Part shown: piece after piece, positions 1 through 11,583 of the stretch | Layout of the letters: each line of letters starts with the position of its first letter | Numbering within the stretch: position 1 is the first letter of the stretch | Source of the DNA: Priapulus caudatus | Lineage: Eukaryota | DNA length: 36,828 nt | Direction of reading: 5' to 3' | Assembly (NCBI RefSeq): GCF_000485595.1 | Contig: NW_014577082.1 | Location: 123,376-160,203 of the forward strand | Position numbers and translations under genes: made by a program | The notes under the pieces: model-generated | The model's database searches: none | What the model was told of the DNA's origin: nothing | Seen by the model: the letters and a program-made list of their open reading frames with translations, nothing else

Positions 1-464
1 GAGAGAGGGAGGGAGGAGGAGGGAGGACGAAGGGAGAGAGGGAGAGGAGAGAGAGAGGAGAGAGGGAGAGAGCGGAGGGCGAGGGAGGTGAGGGAGGGAG
101 GAGAGGAGAGAGAGACAGATGAGGACGAGACGAGAGAGAGAAGCGCGAGAGTTATTACTCTCTTATTCATGTTGTTTGTGCACAGGGCGGGCGTGCCGGT
201 GTGCTTTGTGGTTGAGCATGAGGCAGTTGGACGCATATTACAGGTGGATTATAGGCGAAATAGTAGTAGAGGAACTAAGACTTCGTATTAGTAAAATAGT
301 ACATTTCGGTAGTTATTTTACCTTTTTTTTAGTTGAAGACGTTCGAAGTGCCTGTGGTTGCGAGCTACAGCGTGCGAGGCGCGTCGTGCATGAGCGTATA
401 GGTGCTAGCTGCGCACGATACTGCGTGCGTGCCTGCGGCTACATACATTTGTGCGTAGCGGTGC

Positions 465-663
465 TATGAGTGTGTGTGTGTGTGTGTTGTGTGTTGTGTG
501 TGTGGCTGTGTGTGTGTGTGTGTGTGTGGCGTGCGTGTGCGTGCGTGCGCGTGCGTGCGTGCGTTGCGTAGCGTGCGTGATCGTGAACTTCGTGGTGCGT
601 GCGTGGGGCGTCGGCGTGCGTCGCGTCCGGCGGCTGCGTGTCGTGGTGCGTGCGTTGCGTGGG

Positions 664-696
<33 letters not shown>

Positions 697-960
697 TGCG
701 TGCGTGCGTGTGCCTCGTGCGTGGCTGTGCGTGCGTGGCGTGCGTGCGTGCGTGCGTGACGTGCGTGCGTGCGTCGCGTGCGTCTGCGTGCGTGCGTGCG
801 TGCGTGCTGCCGTCGCGTGCGGTGCGTGCGTGAGTGCCGTGCGGGTGCGTGCGTGCCGTCGGTGCTGCGTGTGTGTGTGTGTTTGCGTGTGTTGGTGGTG
901 TGGCCTGCCGCCGTGCTGATCGCGTGCGTGCGTGCGTGTGAATGAGTGCGTGGGTGCCTG
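465..960. repeat. (TG)n/(CGTG)n compound microsatellite
   Basis: Directly visible runs of gtgt and gcgt. Confidence 0.95.
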
Positions 961-1344
961 TGCGCGGTATTTAGATATAGGTATTGTCGTTTTCGTGATC
1001 GTAATATTGTTACTCGGGAGTCAATGAGCGGCCATTCTATGTAGACAGGAAACGTGTCCCTCAAGTGCAAGATGCGCATTTATTAGGAACTAAACTCAGT
1101 AATCGAGTAGACTTGTGCGTATGATGACAGTGCCTGTAGGGTAGTCAGTGATGATATTTCGTATTACCTAAGCCCTAAGGTGTCGCGTGGGCTTAGTAGA
1201 CTCATAAACACACCTCCCCTCCCAAAAACCAAGACAAGAATAGTTTCAGTTAACAACTTTAATTTACGGTTATACTGGATACATAGCCTAGTCCTAAACT
1301 TGTAATTGACTCAAAAATCCGAAATAAGTATAAATGAAATGTAA

Positions 1345-1384
1345 TATATATATATGTGTGTGTGGTGGTTGTGTGGTGGGTGTG

Positions 1385-1420
<36 letters not shown>

Positions 1421-1777
1421 ATGTGTGTGTGTGATGTGTGTGTGTGATGTGTGTGAGAAGAGTGAGTGAGTGAGTATGTGAGGAGTGAGTGAGGTGAAAG
1501 AGTGAGATGAGTTGAGTGAGGTGAGTGAGTGCAGTGAGGAGGTGACGTGAGTGACGTGACGTGAGTGAGTGACGGAGTGAGTGAGTGAGGTGAGTGAGTG
1601 ATGTGAGTGAGTTGAGTGAGTGAGTGCGTGCGTGCGTGCGTGCGTGGTCGTGCAGTGCGTGCGTGGGTGCGTTGCGTGCGTTTGGCGTGCGTGCGTGAGG
1701 GTGGCGTGCGTAGGCTGTCTGTGCGTGCGGTCGGCGCGCGGTTTGTGTATGCTGTGTGCGATGGCTGTGTGTGTGTC
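1345..1777. repeat. (TA)n-(TG)n-(GAGT)n-(CGTG)n compound microsatellite
   Basis: Directly visible. Confidence 0.93.
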
Positions 1778-1931
1778 AGAAATATGTATCCAGTTTATAG
1801 TGGTTAGTCGAGCAAGAATCAGGTTGATGATGATTGTGCGTGCGTGCGTGCATGCATGCGTGTGTGAGCGTGTGGTTTGGTGTGCGTGCGTGTGCGCGTG
1901 CGTTCGTGCGTGTCGACCGTTGCTCTTGTAC

Positions 1932-2089
1932 CTGCCGGAAGTCATTATGTCAGTCAACATTTCGTACCGGATCGCCGTCGGTTGTCGCTGCAACTGCACT
2001 CTGAATGTGTACGTTTAACGATCGTTTCATACAAATTGCTCGCTTCATCCAGGAAAGGTTGATGGGAAAGGCCATGGCGATCGGAAAGT
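1932..2089 (-). CDS. Candidate exon, unknown product
   Basis: Unique island between CGTG microsatellites, bounded by tgttcag| and CAG|gtacaa. The AG and GT boundaries are kept in the duplicate at about 20262-20424. The reading frame is unresolved because of indels. Confidence 0.3.
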
Positions 2090-2134
2090 CTGAACACAAC
2101 CTTTAGTCGGTAGCGTATGTGCCGTGTTTACGTG

Positions 2135-2350
2135 TGGGGCGTTCGTGCGTGTGTGCGTGCAGGTTACTACGCGCGTGTGAAGTGTTGGCAAACGCGTTCG
2201 TGCGTGCGTTCGTGCAGGTTTCTAAGCGCGTGTGAAGTGTTGGCAATCCGGTGCGTGCGTGCGTGCATGTTACTACGCGCGTGTGTAGTGTTGGCAAACG
2301 CGTGCGTGCGTGCGTGCGCGCTTGTTGTGGATGCACTACACGTGTGTGTG

Positions 2351-2382
<32 letters not shown>

Positions 2383-2410
2383 TGCGTGCGTGTGTGTGTG
2401 TGTGCGCGCG
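2135..2410. repeat. Three degenerate units of about 55-60 bp (..ttactacgcgcgtgtgaagtgttggcaaacgcgt..) followed by (TG)n/(CGTG)n
   Basis: gtgttggcaa recurs near 2182, 2237 and 2288. Confidence 0.8.
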
Positions 2411-2784
2411 AGTTCTGCATTAACCGAGCTGCTGCGCTGCGCAGTCACGTGGCTGGCATAATCGAGTCGAAAACATGTAACAGACAGAGCGGACACAGTA
2501 GCGCACAGAGTAGTAATATACTCGACCTGTGAGCAGCAGCAGCAGCAGTAGCGGTGTCAGATCCCTCGAGATTCATCCAATGTGCAGTCTCGACGTGCTT
2601 GCGTCGCGCCCCCGTGTTGCTCTGTGTACGAGGTGCAGAGTGTAAATAGATTTGACTTTAGTATGTGCGGGTCTATCGTCCACGTCAGTGTGTGTACACG
2701 GCTACGTACTGTTTGACGAGGCGACATTGATCTGTGCTGTGCAGAAGCATATTGCAGGTATGCTACCACTTGTAATTATTCATG

Positions 2785-2925
2785 GGTGCGTGCGTGAGTG
2801 CGTGCAGGTGCTATGCGCGTGTGTGTGTGCGTGCGTGCGTGTGTGCGTGAGTGCGTGCGTGCAGGTGTTATGTGCGTGTGTGTGCGTGCGTGCGTGCGTG
2901 TGCGGATGTGTATATTGTGTTTGTG

Positions 2926-2983
<58 letters not shown>

Positions 2984-3015
2984 GCGCGCGTGTGTGAGTG
3001 TGGTGTTGTGTTGCG
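2785..3015. repeat. (CGTG)n/(TG)n microsatellite
   Basis: Directly visible. Confidence 0.93.
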
Positions 3016-3169
3016 CGCGCCAGGTACGTGTGTGATCGTGGGCGTGAGCGTACGACGGTATACTATTACAAAGGCATCATCGGTGCAATTACGGTGTTTC
3101 TAGGTTTCTAATCGCCATCAAACAAACAAACAATACATAATTGGAGCTGCACGTTCCGCCGTGCGTTAC

Positions 3170-3305
3170 CGTAAATAAATTGGTCGTATACGCTCGCTCG
3201 CGATTATTCGCGCCATTGTGACCTCGGTGGCACTCGGTCGTCACAGTATGTGAAAAGCACGTCGTCACAGTGGGTGAAATGCAACGCGTTTGAATGTCAG
3301 CGTGA
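3170..3305 (-). CDS. Candidate exon, unknown product
   Basis: Acceptor gttttccag| and donor ACG|gtaacg, with one open frame. No family recognised. Confidence 0.25.
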
Positions 3306-3323
3306 CTGGAAAACGCTCGTTAT

Positions 3324-3327
<4 letters not shown>

Positions 3328-3391
<64 letters not shown>

Positions 3392-3430
3392 CTCTCTTCC
3401 TCCCCCTCTCTCTTTCTTTCTCTCTCTCTC
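3328..3430. repeat. (CT)n microsatellite
   Basis: Directly visible. Confidence 0.97.
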
Positions 3431-3532
3431 CCGTTCTCCATCATCGCGTTTGCAGTTTTGCTGATATTGACTGCAAGAGTCCCGGTGGCCGAGCCCACAT
3501 GTACAACGGTCGTCTCTCAAGGGTCAGCTTAC

Positions 3533-3569
3533 GTTTCGCTGGAGATTTTGCGCACTGGCCACCACTGCC
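3533..3569 (-). CDS. Candidate 37-nt exon
   Basis: ctctttatgtag|GGCAGTGGTGG...CAGCGAAAC|gtaagc. Splice signals are the only evidence. Confidence 0.25.
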
Positions 3570-3671
3570 CTACATAAAGAGGGCCGAGACACATGTTACC
3601 ATCTTGATGTTACGTGCAACACGCGCGAAAGGCAGTCGTCTCATATATGTAACTCTGCCACATGCTAGGTA

Positions 3672-3723
3672 GCTCTAGAACTATAGCCCTTCGCTCTGCC
3701 ACAGGCAGGTATAGTTCTAGAGC
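3672..3723. mobile_element. 52-bp hairpin / mini-MITE
   Basis: Perfect 14-bp inverted repeat GCTCTAGAACTATA ... TATAGTTCTAGAGC. A related arm (tatagtactagagc) lies near 16958-16971. Confidence 0.55.
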
Positions 3724-3957
3724 CACCTGCTAGGCTGCTAGGAAGGTCACAGATGGCTTGAGAGATCGGTTTTTGTTCGTGTAATTAGGTAGAGAAAGGT
3801 AAGAGAAGGTGTGGTACAGGCCACCTACTCAGTACTGCCACGTTCGGGTTTATATTGCGTCAGGCGTATCACCGTGGCGCTGTGTGTAAGTAAGTAAGGT
3901 TAGATGTACGGGGGTCATGGTTGTGTTCGATTTTGCCTCCCATGACGGTTCTGTAGC

Positions 3958-4147
3958 GGCAGTGACGTCACCGACGTCAATGTGGCCGCAATGACGTCAA
4001 GACGACACTGTGGCGACACTGACAACAATGTGACGTCACTGTCGACATCGTGGCGACACTGTGACGACACTGACAACACTGTGACGACACTGACAACACT
4101 ATGACGATACCGAAAACACCGCGGCAGCAGTGACGTCACTGACGACG
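3958..4147. repeat. Degenerate tandem repeat of about 20 bp (gtgacgacactgacaacact) containing four TGACGTCA palindromes
   Basis: TGACGTCA at 3963, 3992, 4031 and 4131. Confidence 0.8.
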
Positions 4148-4478
4148 CGAAGACGCGCCGTCGGAAATGTCATTACTGTATACTCCGCGCTAGCACTCTA
4201 GCAGCGCGGTTGTTCGACGCCTGAAGCCTTGATGAGGTGAGATTGTATATGTACATACGTGTGCGTGTGTGTATATAGGCGTATAGTGTGTATACACTAG
4301 CGTGCAGCCTGGCGCGCTAGAGAAGCTGAGCGGCGTTGATTAATCCGTAGTCGAGGCACGGCGATCGGCGGCGTAACTTTGCCAGGGTCCGCGTGCGTGC
4401 GTGCGTGCGTGCGTGTGCGTGCGCGTGAGCGTGCGGAATTGATCAGCTCCGTGAGTGCGTGAACGCTGGTCGCAGCTA

Positions 4479-4515
<37 letters not shown>

Positions 4516-4529
4516 GGTTGCATGCAATG

Positions 4530-4820
4530 GAGAGGGGAGACGGAGATGGGAAAAAAGGAGAGGGGGAGAGGAAAGCGAGTTAGAGTGAGGGGGAGAGGAA
4601 CATAGTGCGGGGGAAAGAAGGCGATAGAGAGAATGGGAGTGAAAGAGAGAGAGAGAGAGAGAGGGGGAGAAGGGGATACCGATAGGGAGACAGTGAGAGA
4701 TAGAGAAAGAAAGTGTGACAGGAAGAGGAAAGGGATAGTGAGAGAGATGTGGGAAGAAATCTTGAGCGAAAACAGGAACGAAAGCGAGAGGGGGTAGATG
4801 GGAGGAGAAAGAAGGAGAGG
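4530..4820. repeat. Polypurine (GA-rich) low-complexity tract
   Basis: Directly visible. Confidence 0.85.
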
Positions 4821-5766
4821 TCCGATCACACTCAAAAACGTCTTTGCGTAGGCCGTTTACCTTTTCACATCCTGGGCTACGGGTTTAATCATTGATCGGT
4901 TAATTTCCTTCGATGCATGTGACCTGTCCCGTATTTGCAATTAATCAACAGGAATACGCTTGTTCTTGCTTTTCTTTCTAACGAACGATCGTCAATGTTT
5001 GCTAATGAAATCTGTGATTCAATCACAACATTATGAGATTGATTCCAAGAATACGTACAGCACACATGCAGGCGTCGCGAACGGCTGCTGACGACGCTAC
5101 AGTTATAATCCCGACTATTTTTCCCAAAAGTGCACAGCGTTTATTTAATGCGTTTACGTTGCCACGCTAATTGCAATAGCGATGAACGCAATCATCAATC
5201 AATGATCGTGCTCGCCGAAACGCCGACAACGAATACAATTAGTATACGTTGACTCGTCGTGCGCACCTGATGCTGCGACTTCCGTATTGCATGCCGCCGT
5301 ATATAAAACAGTAGTATTGATTCGAGCTGTGTGAATCGTTCGTGTGTATGCATATTCGACCATAACGCCTGGGCTATAATTTGAGCACGCGGGTACACTT
5401 ATGGCTATCTACATACACTCGCATACAGTCTCACGGGTGCGGGCATTACACGCTCGGCTAAAAATCATTTCCGACGTACTTCCTAGTTGATTTAGGTGTG
5501 CACAGCCAGACAACGTCCTGTCATCCTTTTGAGTGCACTGCAATCGCTATGAATTGCAGTATACAGACTGACTACTGATACCCCATATACTCATTTGGGC
5601 TACGTTAGCACTGGTAGGCTGCGCATGCTCAGTTTAGCGTGTGAGGTCACGCGGTAGACAGCAATGACGGGAAAACAATGGCACCGCCGATGGCATTGAT
5701 GGGGTTTAGACCACTGGGGCCGGTTTCACGAAGCGTGATTAATCATGATTAAATTACTAATCAATA

Positions 5767-6427
5767 TTGTATCCCCCTCGACGAAGTCGGCGGGGATACT
5801 ATGGTTTCATGTCTCCCCAGCCGCCGCCGCCGCCGCCGCTCGGTCCGCCGCAGAGAATTCCCCTACCGCTCTATAACTCGACCCCTAATTGACCTAAGCG
5901 TTAGCCAAAACTTGGTATACTTAAGCACAATCTTGGGGAGAAGGTGTGCAGAGTAGCCAAACCAGGTCACTGGGACCTTTATTTGAACGCATTTACCTTG
6001 ACCTTGATAATTTTCCTTCCGCTCTGCTAATCGGCGCCTAATTGACGCTAAGGCTACCACTTGGTATACTTTACAGCATTTGGGAGAAGGTGAGCAGCGT
6101 AACGCAAAACCAGGTTACTGCGACCACTTGATCTTGAGCCTTTACTTGACCTTGATCATATTTCCCTCGCCGCTCTCTAAGCTCGCCCTAATTGAGGCTA
6201 GCGCTACAACTTGTATAGCTTAACATCTTGGGGAGAAGGTGAGCAGCGTACCAAAACCAGGTTACTGCGACTTTCATTTGACTTTTACCTTGACCTTGAT
6301 CATATTTCCCTTCCGCTCTATAACTCGGGCCCCTAATTGACCTAGCGCAACCAAACTTTGTATACTTACACATCTTGGGGAGAACGCGGGGGATACATGT
6401 AGTTGGCGACAACTGCCCTTTCTAGTT
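5767..6427 (+). mobile_element. Helentron-associated non-autonomous element (HINE / DINE-1-like)
   Basis: 5' subterminal repeat GTATCCCCC (5769) with inverted partner GGGGATAC (5792), then (GCC)n. About 3.5 core repeats of about 150 bp start near 5866, 6019, 6170 and 6313 and carry ccttgaccttga. The 3' end has GGGGGATAC (6388), hairpin AGTTG-gcga-CAACT and terminal CTAGTT. It sits in a TT site with no TSD. Confidence 0.85.
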
Positions 6428-6627
6428 AACTTCTCGTACTTAAATTGAAGTGACTGTTTCACGAAGCGTAATTAACTTTAATCATGATTAAGTTAATCAC
6501 AATACTTAATTCTACTCAGGAACATGATTAAATCCACTAATCATGATTAGTTGCTAGTACTAGTAGTACTCGTTTTCTAGTACTAGTTAGTAGTACTAGT
6601 AGTATGTAGGTAGTAATAGTATATTAA

Positions 6628-7225
6628 AGGGAGAGTTTACTCTAGGTTCTAGAGTTATTTTCAGCTAAGTTAGGTTATAATTACGCTACATAAAAAGTTT
6701 CATGGTTCAATCACCATTAGAAATATTATTAAAAAATGTTTTAAAACTAACGACTACAGTTTGATTACAACGACGGTGGCGCCACTGAAATCGCACGATC
6801 TGATAAGTTGCACAAAACCACTTTCCAGCCAAGGGCTACAGACCGAGGTTGTTTCCTATTTATTCATTTAAAAGCAAAAGGATTGTAATATCTTATAAAC
6901 GACATATAGTTTCAGTTATAATATGGATAAATTTGCCCTAAAATGAATATCGTTCGGTTAAATAACATTTAGGTATAAATATAATTGCACTTTTGTGATT
7001 AGCCCTCGGTCTGTAACCTGCAAAATAAATTGCCAAATACGCAACTTTTTCGGGGTGGCAGCACGGTCGCGGGTGTCATGGCGCCGTTCAAATTTTGTAG
7101 CGTTGATGTGTAAATAATTGTAACAATTAAATTAGGTATCTGGTAACAAATACGTGTGGGTATAGATGATTTGTTATACAGTAAGTACAGTTGTATGCAG
7201 TAAAATCCTAGAGGCTACTGTCCCT
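6628..7225. mobile_element. Kolobok-like non-autonomous DNA transposon, copy 1 (complete)
   Basis: TTAA TSD at 6624-6627 and 7226-7229. Imperfect TIRs AGGGAGAGTTTACTCTAGG / CCTAGAGGCTACTGTCCCT (RR...YY termini). Internal inverted repeat tacagaccgagg / cctcggtctgta. Confidence 0.82.
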
Positions 7226-8149
7226 TTAAGTAGGCTGCAGATTTTACAATTGTAAATTTTACTTCCATTTTTTCCCAAGGAAATTTAAATTATCTAAGAT
7301 TAGCTGTACTAATTTAGTCATTATAATTGCAAATTAATTCCTTTTCATGTACCGAATTTGCAGGTACTTTTGGCGTTGTCCGCCATTTTGAATACAGTGT
7401 AATTCATGTTTAAGTCGGCTAATTATGTGATTAGTTAAATATGTACTTAAATCGCTTTGTGAAACAGATTTTTAAGTATGATTAACTAATCATAATTACA
7501 GGAGGTTAAGTATGATTAGTGATTTAATCATAATTAAAGTTAATCACGCTTCGTGAAAACAATTCTTGCAGTATTATTGATCAGCTGTCCTAACCTTGTT
7601 CATATATAAACAAACCGGCATGTCCCTAGCGATGCCCATACGCTGAGATAATGACGGTGAAAATCTGGTATTTTCACTGAACACAGACTAGACATTAGTC
7701 AGTACTGCGTCAAAGATAAAACGGAAAAAGTTTATTAATTCGATCTAATACTGCAACATGATTGTTCAGCATTTTATCCGATTTGTACGCTCTTGATACG
7801 TTACATGTAACACCTGACAGTACGAGAATACCATAGAAATTATCGATTGTAAGGAAGCATAACACCTTCTCTAGTCAACGCAAATTTGAGCTTTTGAAAT
7901 TTCACTGTGACATTGTAGCCTCATAATCCCGGCATGTATAGATTATACAAGGCAAACCGGCAGTCAAATTCTTTCTAACAGTAAAACAAATCCATGTTTA
8001 ACCCTCCTCTTGAGGGTCAAAAGGTTATCCGCATTACTCTCTTCGCATGTCAGCAGAAAGTATTTATGGTCCTTTCAATAAAGCCGTAAAAATGCTTAGG
8101 TCACCGCTGAAACAATAAAGTTTTTCAATCGCTCCGTCAGACCATGTCC

Positions 8150-8552
8150 TCAGAAAATGTCTAAAAATCTGCCCTGTGCCCCATTGACCTTTGACCTGTG
8201 ACCTCCAATTTCGGCACAGTGATGCGTTTCCCTACAATGATGCGTATAAACAGACCTATCACAAGCCTAGGTCGAGCCGTTTAGATTTGTGCCGCAATTC
8301 TGCATTTCCTCCCTATTCCTTAAGTTAAGGAGGGAATGTTCCCCCTTCTTTTACAAACCTATTGACCTTTGACGCTTTGACCCCAACTTCGACATCCCAA
8401 CTCGTTTCCGGATTACCCCCCCCAGTCCCGAATACGTGACGCTACGTCGAGCGGTGTTGACGTACGGACGGACGCACGGACGGCCGCGACGACGGACGGA
8501 CGATCATGCGATTCTACAAAGCTGCACCTGACTACGTCAGATGAGCTAATAA
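8150..8552 (-). mobile_element. Second HINE-type element, different family (3' boundary approximate)
   Basis: On the minus strand it starts ttattAGCTCATCTGAC-gta-GTCAGGTGCAGCT (5' hairpin), followed by a (CCGT)n microsatellite at 8464-8502 and two core units with tgacctttgac near 8185 and 8363. Confidence 0.7.
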
Positions 8553-9362
8553 TTGCGCCATGATAATGCAAAGTTGACGAATGCTACAGTAACTGGCACC
8601 TTGTGTAGTTAATAAGTTACATTACCTTAATAGCCAAACGCGTATTAGTTTGTCCAATATCACTGAGCTGGTTACTTAAGAAAATGTCTAATTGAAATCC
8701 GCAGTCTCAGAATCAGTTGACCTGACTTGTTTACAGTTTCGAAACCGCATACGGCGAAACGGGTGTGATACAGCTTTATAGTGCACCGGACATTTTCGCA
8801 CGCATGCATGCTCGGCCGTACGCAATGCTAGCGATAGTACAGTACCGTAACTGTATACGTAACAGTAGTTCTGATTGTAATGAACATGGAATCCACGTAC
8901 GAATCACGGACGATCGTAATAATAAAGTAGACTGTGTTGGGGGCCAACACTATGGGGGGATCGCGGACTAACCACGGCCACAGACTAAACATGGAAAGCA
9001 GACGGCACTACGCGTATTTACGTATATTGGTCAAACGAATACACCTGTGTCCGAAATTGAATAGATACATTCTACTAGCTCATTAGTCGTTATAAGCATC
9101 CCGGGACAAACAATTCTCTGCTCAACACCCGTAGCAACATGTGACGTCACCTAACCGAATTCGAGGCTATTTTGCTTGGCATACAAATTAGCGTTGGCGC
9201 CAGATTACTAGATTTACGGATTTCAATTATACATTTCTTAGTCATTAGCAGTGATATTGGGCAAACTAATAGTACGCGTTTGGCTATAAGGTAATGTACT
9301 TATTAACTACACAAGTGCCAGTTACTATTAGCATTCGTCAACTTTGCATAATCAATGGGCCT
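8553..9362. mobile_element. MITE/foldback element with terminal inverted repeats of about 110 bp
   Basis: 8560-8665 (atgcaaagttgacgaatgct...aatatcactg) is the reverse complement of 9249-9356. Confidence 0.75.
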
Positions 9363-9374
9363 ATTATGCCTTTA

Positions 9375-9978
9375 AGCCTGGCGCACATTGCCGAACATTT
9401 TGCAGCGAACAACCTCGTGGCGCCGTCTAGTAGCTGTGTTGTAAAGAGTCACGTGATCGGCGTGAATGGCGAGCCCAGTTTGCACAAGAAATTTTAACAA
9501 CTTTACTAATTTTTAGACAGGGCTGCTAGCTGCCCCCACATTTCGACCAAATGTTTGTAAAGAGTCACGTGATCGCGTGAATGGCGATGCCCAGTTTGCA
9601 CAAGAGATTTTAACAACTTTACTAATTTTAGACAGGGCTCTGCCGCCCACATTTCCACATAATCTCTTTCTTTCAAAAGTCCACACTTCTGCAAGCGATA
9701 TATGCAGACACCATATTGTACACAACAATCATGGACCACATATCGTGCTGCTATTGGTTACTACTACTTACAAATGTTCCTAGAATTGTTCGACATTCAG
9801 CGCACAATTGACGAACATTCGACGAACAATGTTCAAGATATCAACATTTCCGATCTTCAGAAACATTGTTGCTGAACAAGTGTTCGGCGATTTTTTCACA
9901 CGCACATTTTGCCGAACATTTCATGGAACATGGCTACATAATGTTTTTGAGTAAAATGTTCGCAATGTGCGCCGGGCT
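9375..9978. mobile_element. PIF/Harbinger-type MITE
   Basis: TIR AGCCTGGCGCACATTGCCGAACATTTT / AAAATGTTCGCAATGTGCGCCGGGCT. TWA flanks: tta on the left, taa on the right, and tta in the inverted copy near 25780. Confidence 0.78.
9440..9658 (+). repeat. Tandem duplication of about 115 bp
   Basis: gtaaagagtcacgtgatc...cccacatttc starts at 9441 and again at 9557. Confidence 0.88.
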
Positions 9979-11583
9979 TAAGTCCTCTGTATATAGAGGC
10001 GGGTAGGTGTGGCCGCCACCTCACAGACACATGCAAGAGTATGGGTTGGCGTTGGACTTTCTAAAAATATTTGGCTTCTAATTTCTTTGGCATTCTACAA
10101 TGTGAACTACTAGGTAATCAACATAAATGAAGAAGCGTATCGAAGTTTGTGCGTTTATTATTTTTGAACATGTCCCCTGACACAAACATCAGCATTCGTC
10201 ACGCATAATGTACGTAATCACCACAGGGTATTAACATATATTATATTTATTACGCAGAACTTTCTCGCAAACAAACAGCGAAAGCACATTACAGAACGAG
10301 AATAAATAAGAAGAGCAATTAACGACCGCAGCATTGAAATGCCACGGCGGTAACGTGCTACTGCAATTCTGGATATGCGCCTCGGCAGAATATTAGAATG
10401 AATAAGTTGACTCACAAATTTATCGAATTGATTCGACTACAGTATTTCGCGGCGACGTATGTACATGTGTATAAACACGGACAGTGTCGTTACCCCCGCG
10501 ATCTTCATACATATACATATATATACATATATTTATATCATATATATATATATATACATCCTACTATGCCTACTTATACTACACATATAGTTGCGACATC
10601 AAACGAAACCGATGCTAAGCGAACAGAATGCACACAGGGAACCAATATTATTATATTACGCGCGCCTGTGCGTGTGCGTGCTTTGCGTTCGCGTGCGTGG
10701 GTGCGTTCGCTGGCGTATGCAGTGCACGCGCGCGCGTTGGTGTACGGTTCTATAAGCGATTCTTTAACAACGGATTCCAGCATAGCGCAACTGGTTTATG
10801 AATAGAATATTAATCAAATGCATCCTTCCTTAAAATGTATACAGGACTATTGTTTTGCATCGTAATCACCTGGGGGTATAATGGTATTAATTATATGCAG
10901 AATTATTTCAACGCAATCTCTATTCTGAAATAACTGCACGTATGATATGTGCCGTCCAGATGCCGAGCTAAGTAATGAGCAAAAATCCCGGTTGAACGTA
11001 AAGAAAGCGCACTGCATAAAGATTTCAAGGAAGCGCAACAAATAAGTTGTCACACACAGGGAAGAACCACCTAATAGAGCCAGTACAATATAAGTGAAAT
11101 CATTTATAACGTAGCCTACGGCGAGATAATTGGGCACAAATCAATTCGATCGCACAAATGCCTGTTCGTCAGGAATACTAGTCTTTTTGTGAGAAGGGAG
11201 ATTAAATGCCAGAAAATGAGCCAATACATCGCGTTATGTGGGCGCGTTACAGTAGGTTCTATTGTACTTAGATTATACACAGTAGAGCAGGTGGAGAAGG
11301 TCTGAGGATAAGGAAGTGTTAATGTATTAGAGAAGGGGGAAATGTGTTACCGAGGAGAGATGGTGTTAATGAAATGATGGTTGAGACAGTGTGAGAAGAG
11401 TGGACGGGAATGAGCGGAACATATAAATAATGGACTAGTTAGGGCTCTAGACTAGAAAATGGCTGAATGGCTAGAATTGATACCGAGTTTCGATTATACG
11501 CCGGCTGTAGCTTTTCATGTGTATTGCCGTGTCACCTGTTAGTATTCTTTATTCGCTATAACAACTGCCTCGGTCTAAATCAG

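Larger units (their letters stand above)
1..3328 (+). repeat. Copy A of a 3.3-kb or longer direct duplication (copy B about 18090-21918)
   Basis: Same ordered unique islands and microsatellites, e.g. 1020-1345 vs 19268-19620, 1915-2110 vs 20245-20445, 2410-2780 vs 20808-21210, 3100-3325 vs 21657-21915. Confidence 0.93.
5717..7560. mobile_element. PIF/Harbinger-type non-autonomous element hosting two nested insertions
   Basis: Left end ctg|GGGCCGGTTTCACGAAGCGTGATTAA, right end TTAATCACGCTTCGTGAAAAC (last bases lost). Intact ends elsewhere are cag|GGGCCGGTTTCACG at 11584 and CCGGCCC|ctg at 26882. CWG flanks are known for some animal Harbingers. Confidence 0.72.

Noticed and set aside
405..3103. 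Long Cys/Val/Arg/Ala- or His/Thr/Arg-rich ORFs (also 18473-22148)
   Set aside because: These are translations of (CGTG)n/(TG)n microsatellites, which lack stop codons in most frames.
3456..3575. Kringle-like peptide DCKSPGGRAHMYNGRLS...HW on the + strand
   Set aside because: It lacks the second Cys and the rest of the domain, and it conflicts with a minus-strand exon candidate.
10778..10830. tRNA or SINE head (tagcgcaactgg, A-box-like)
   Set aside because: No B box and no cloverleaf.
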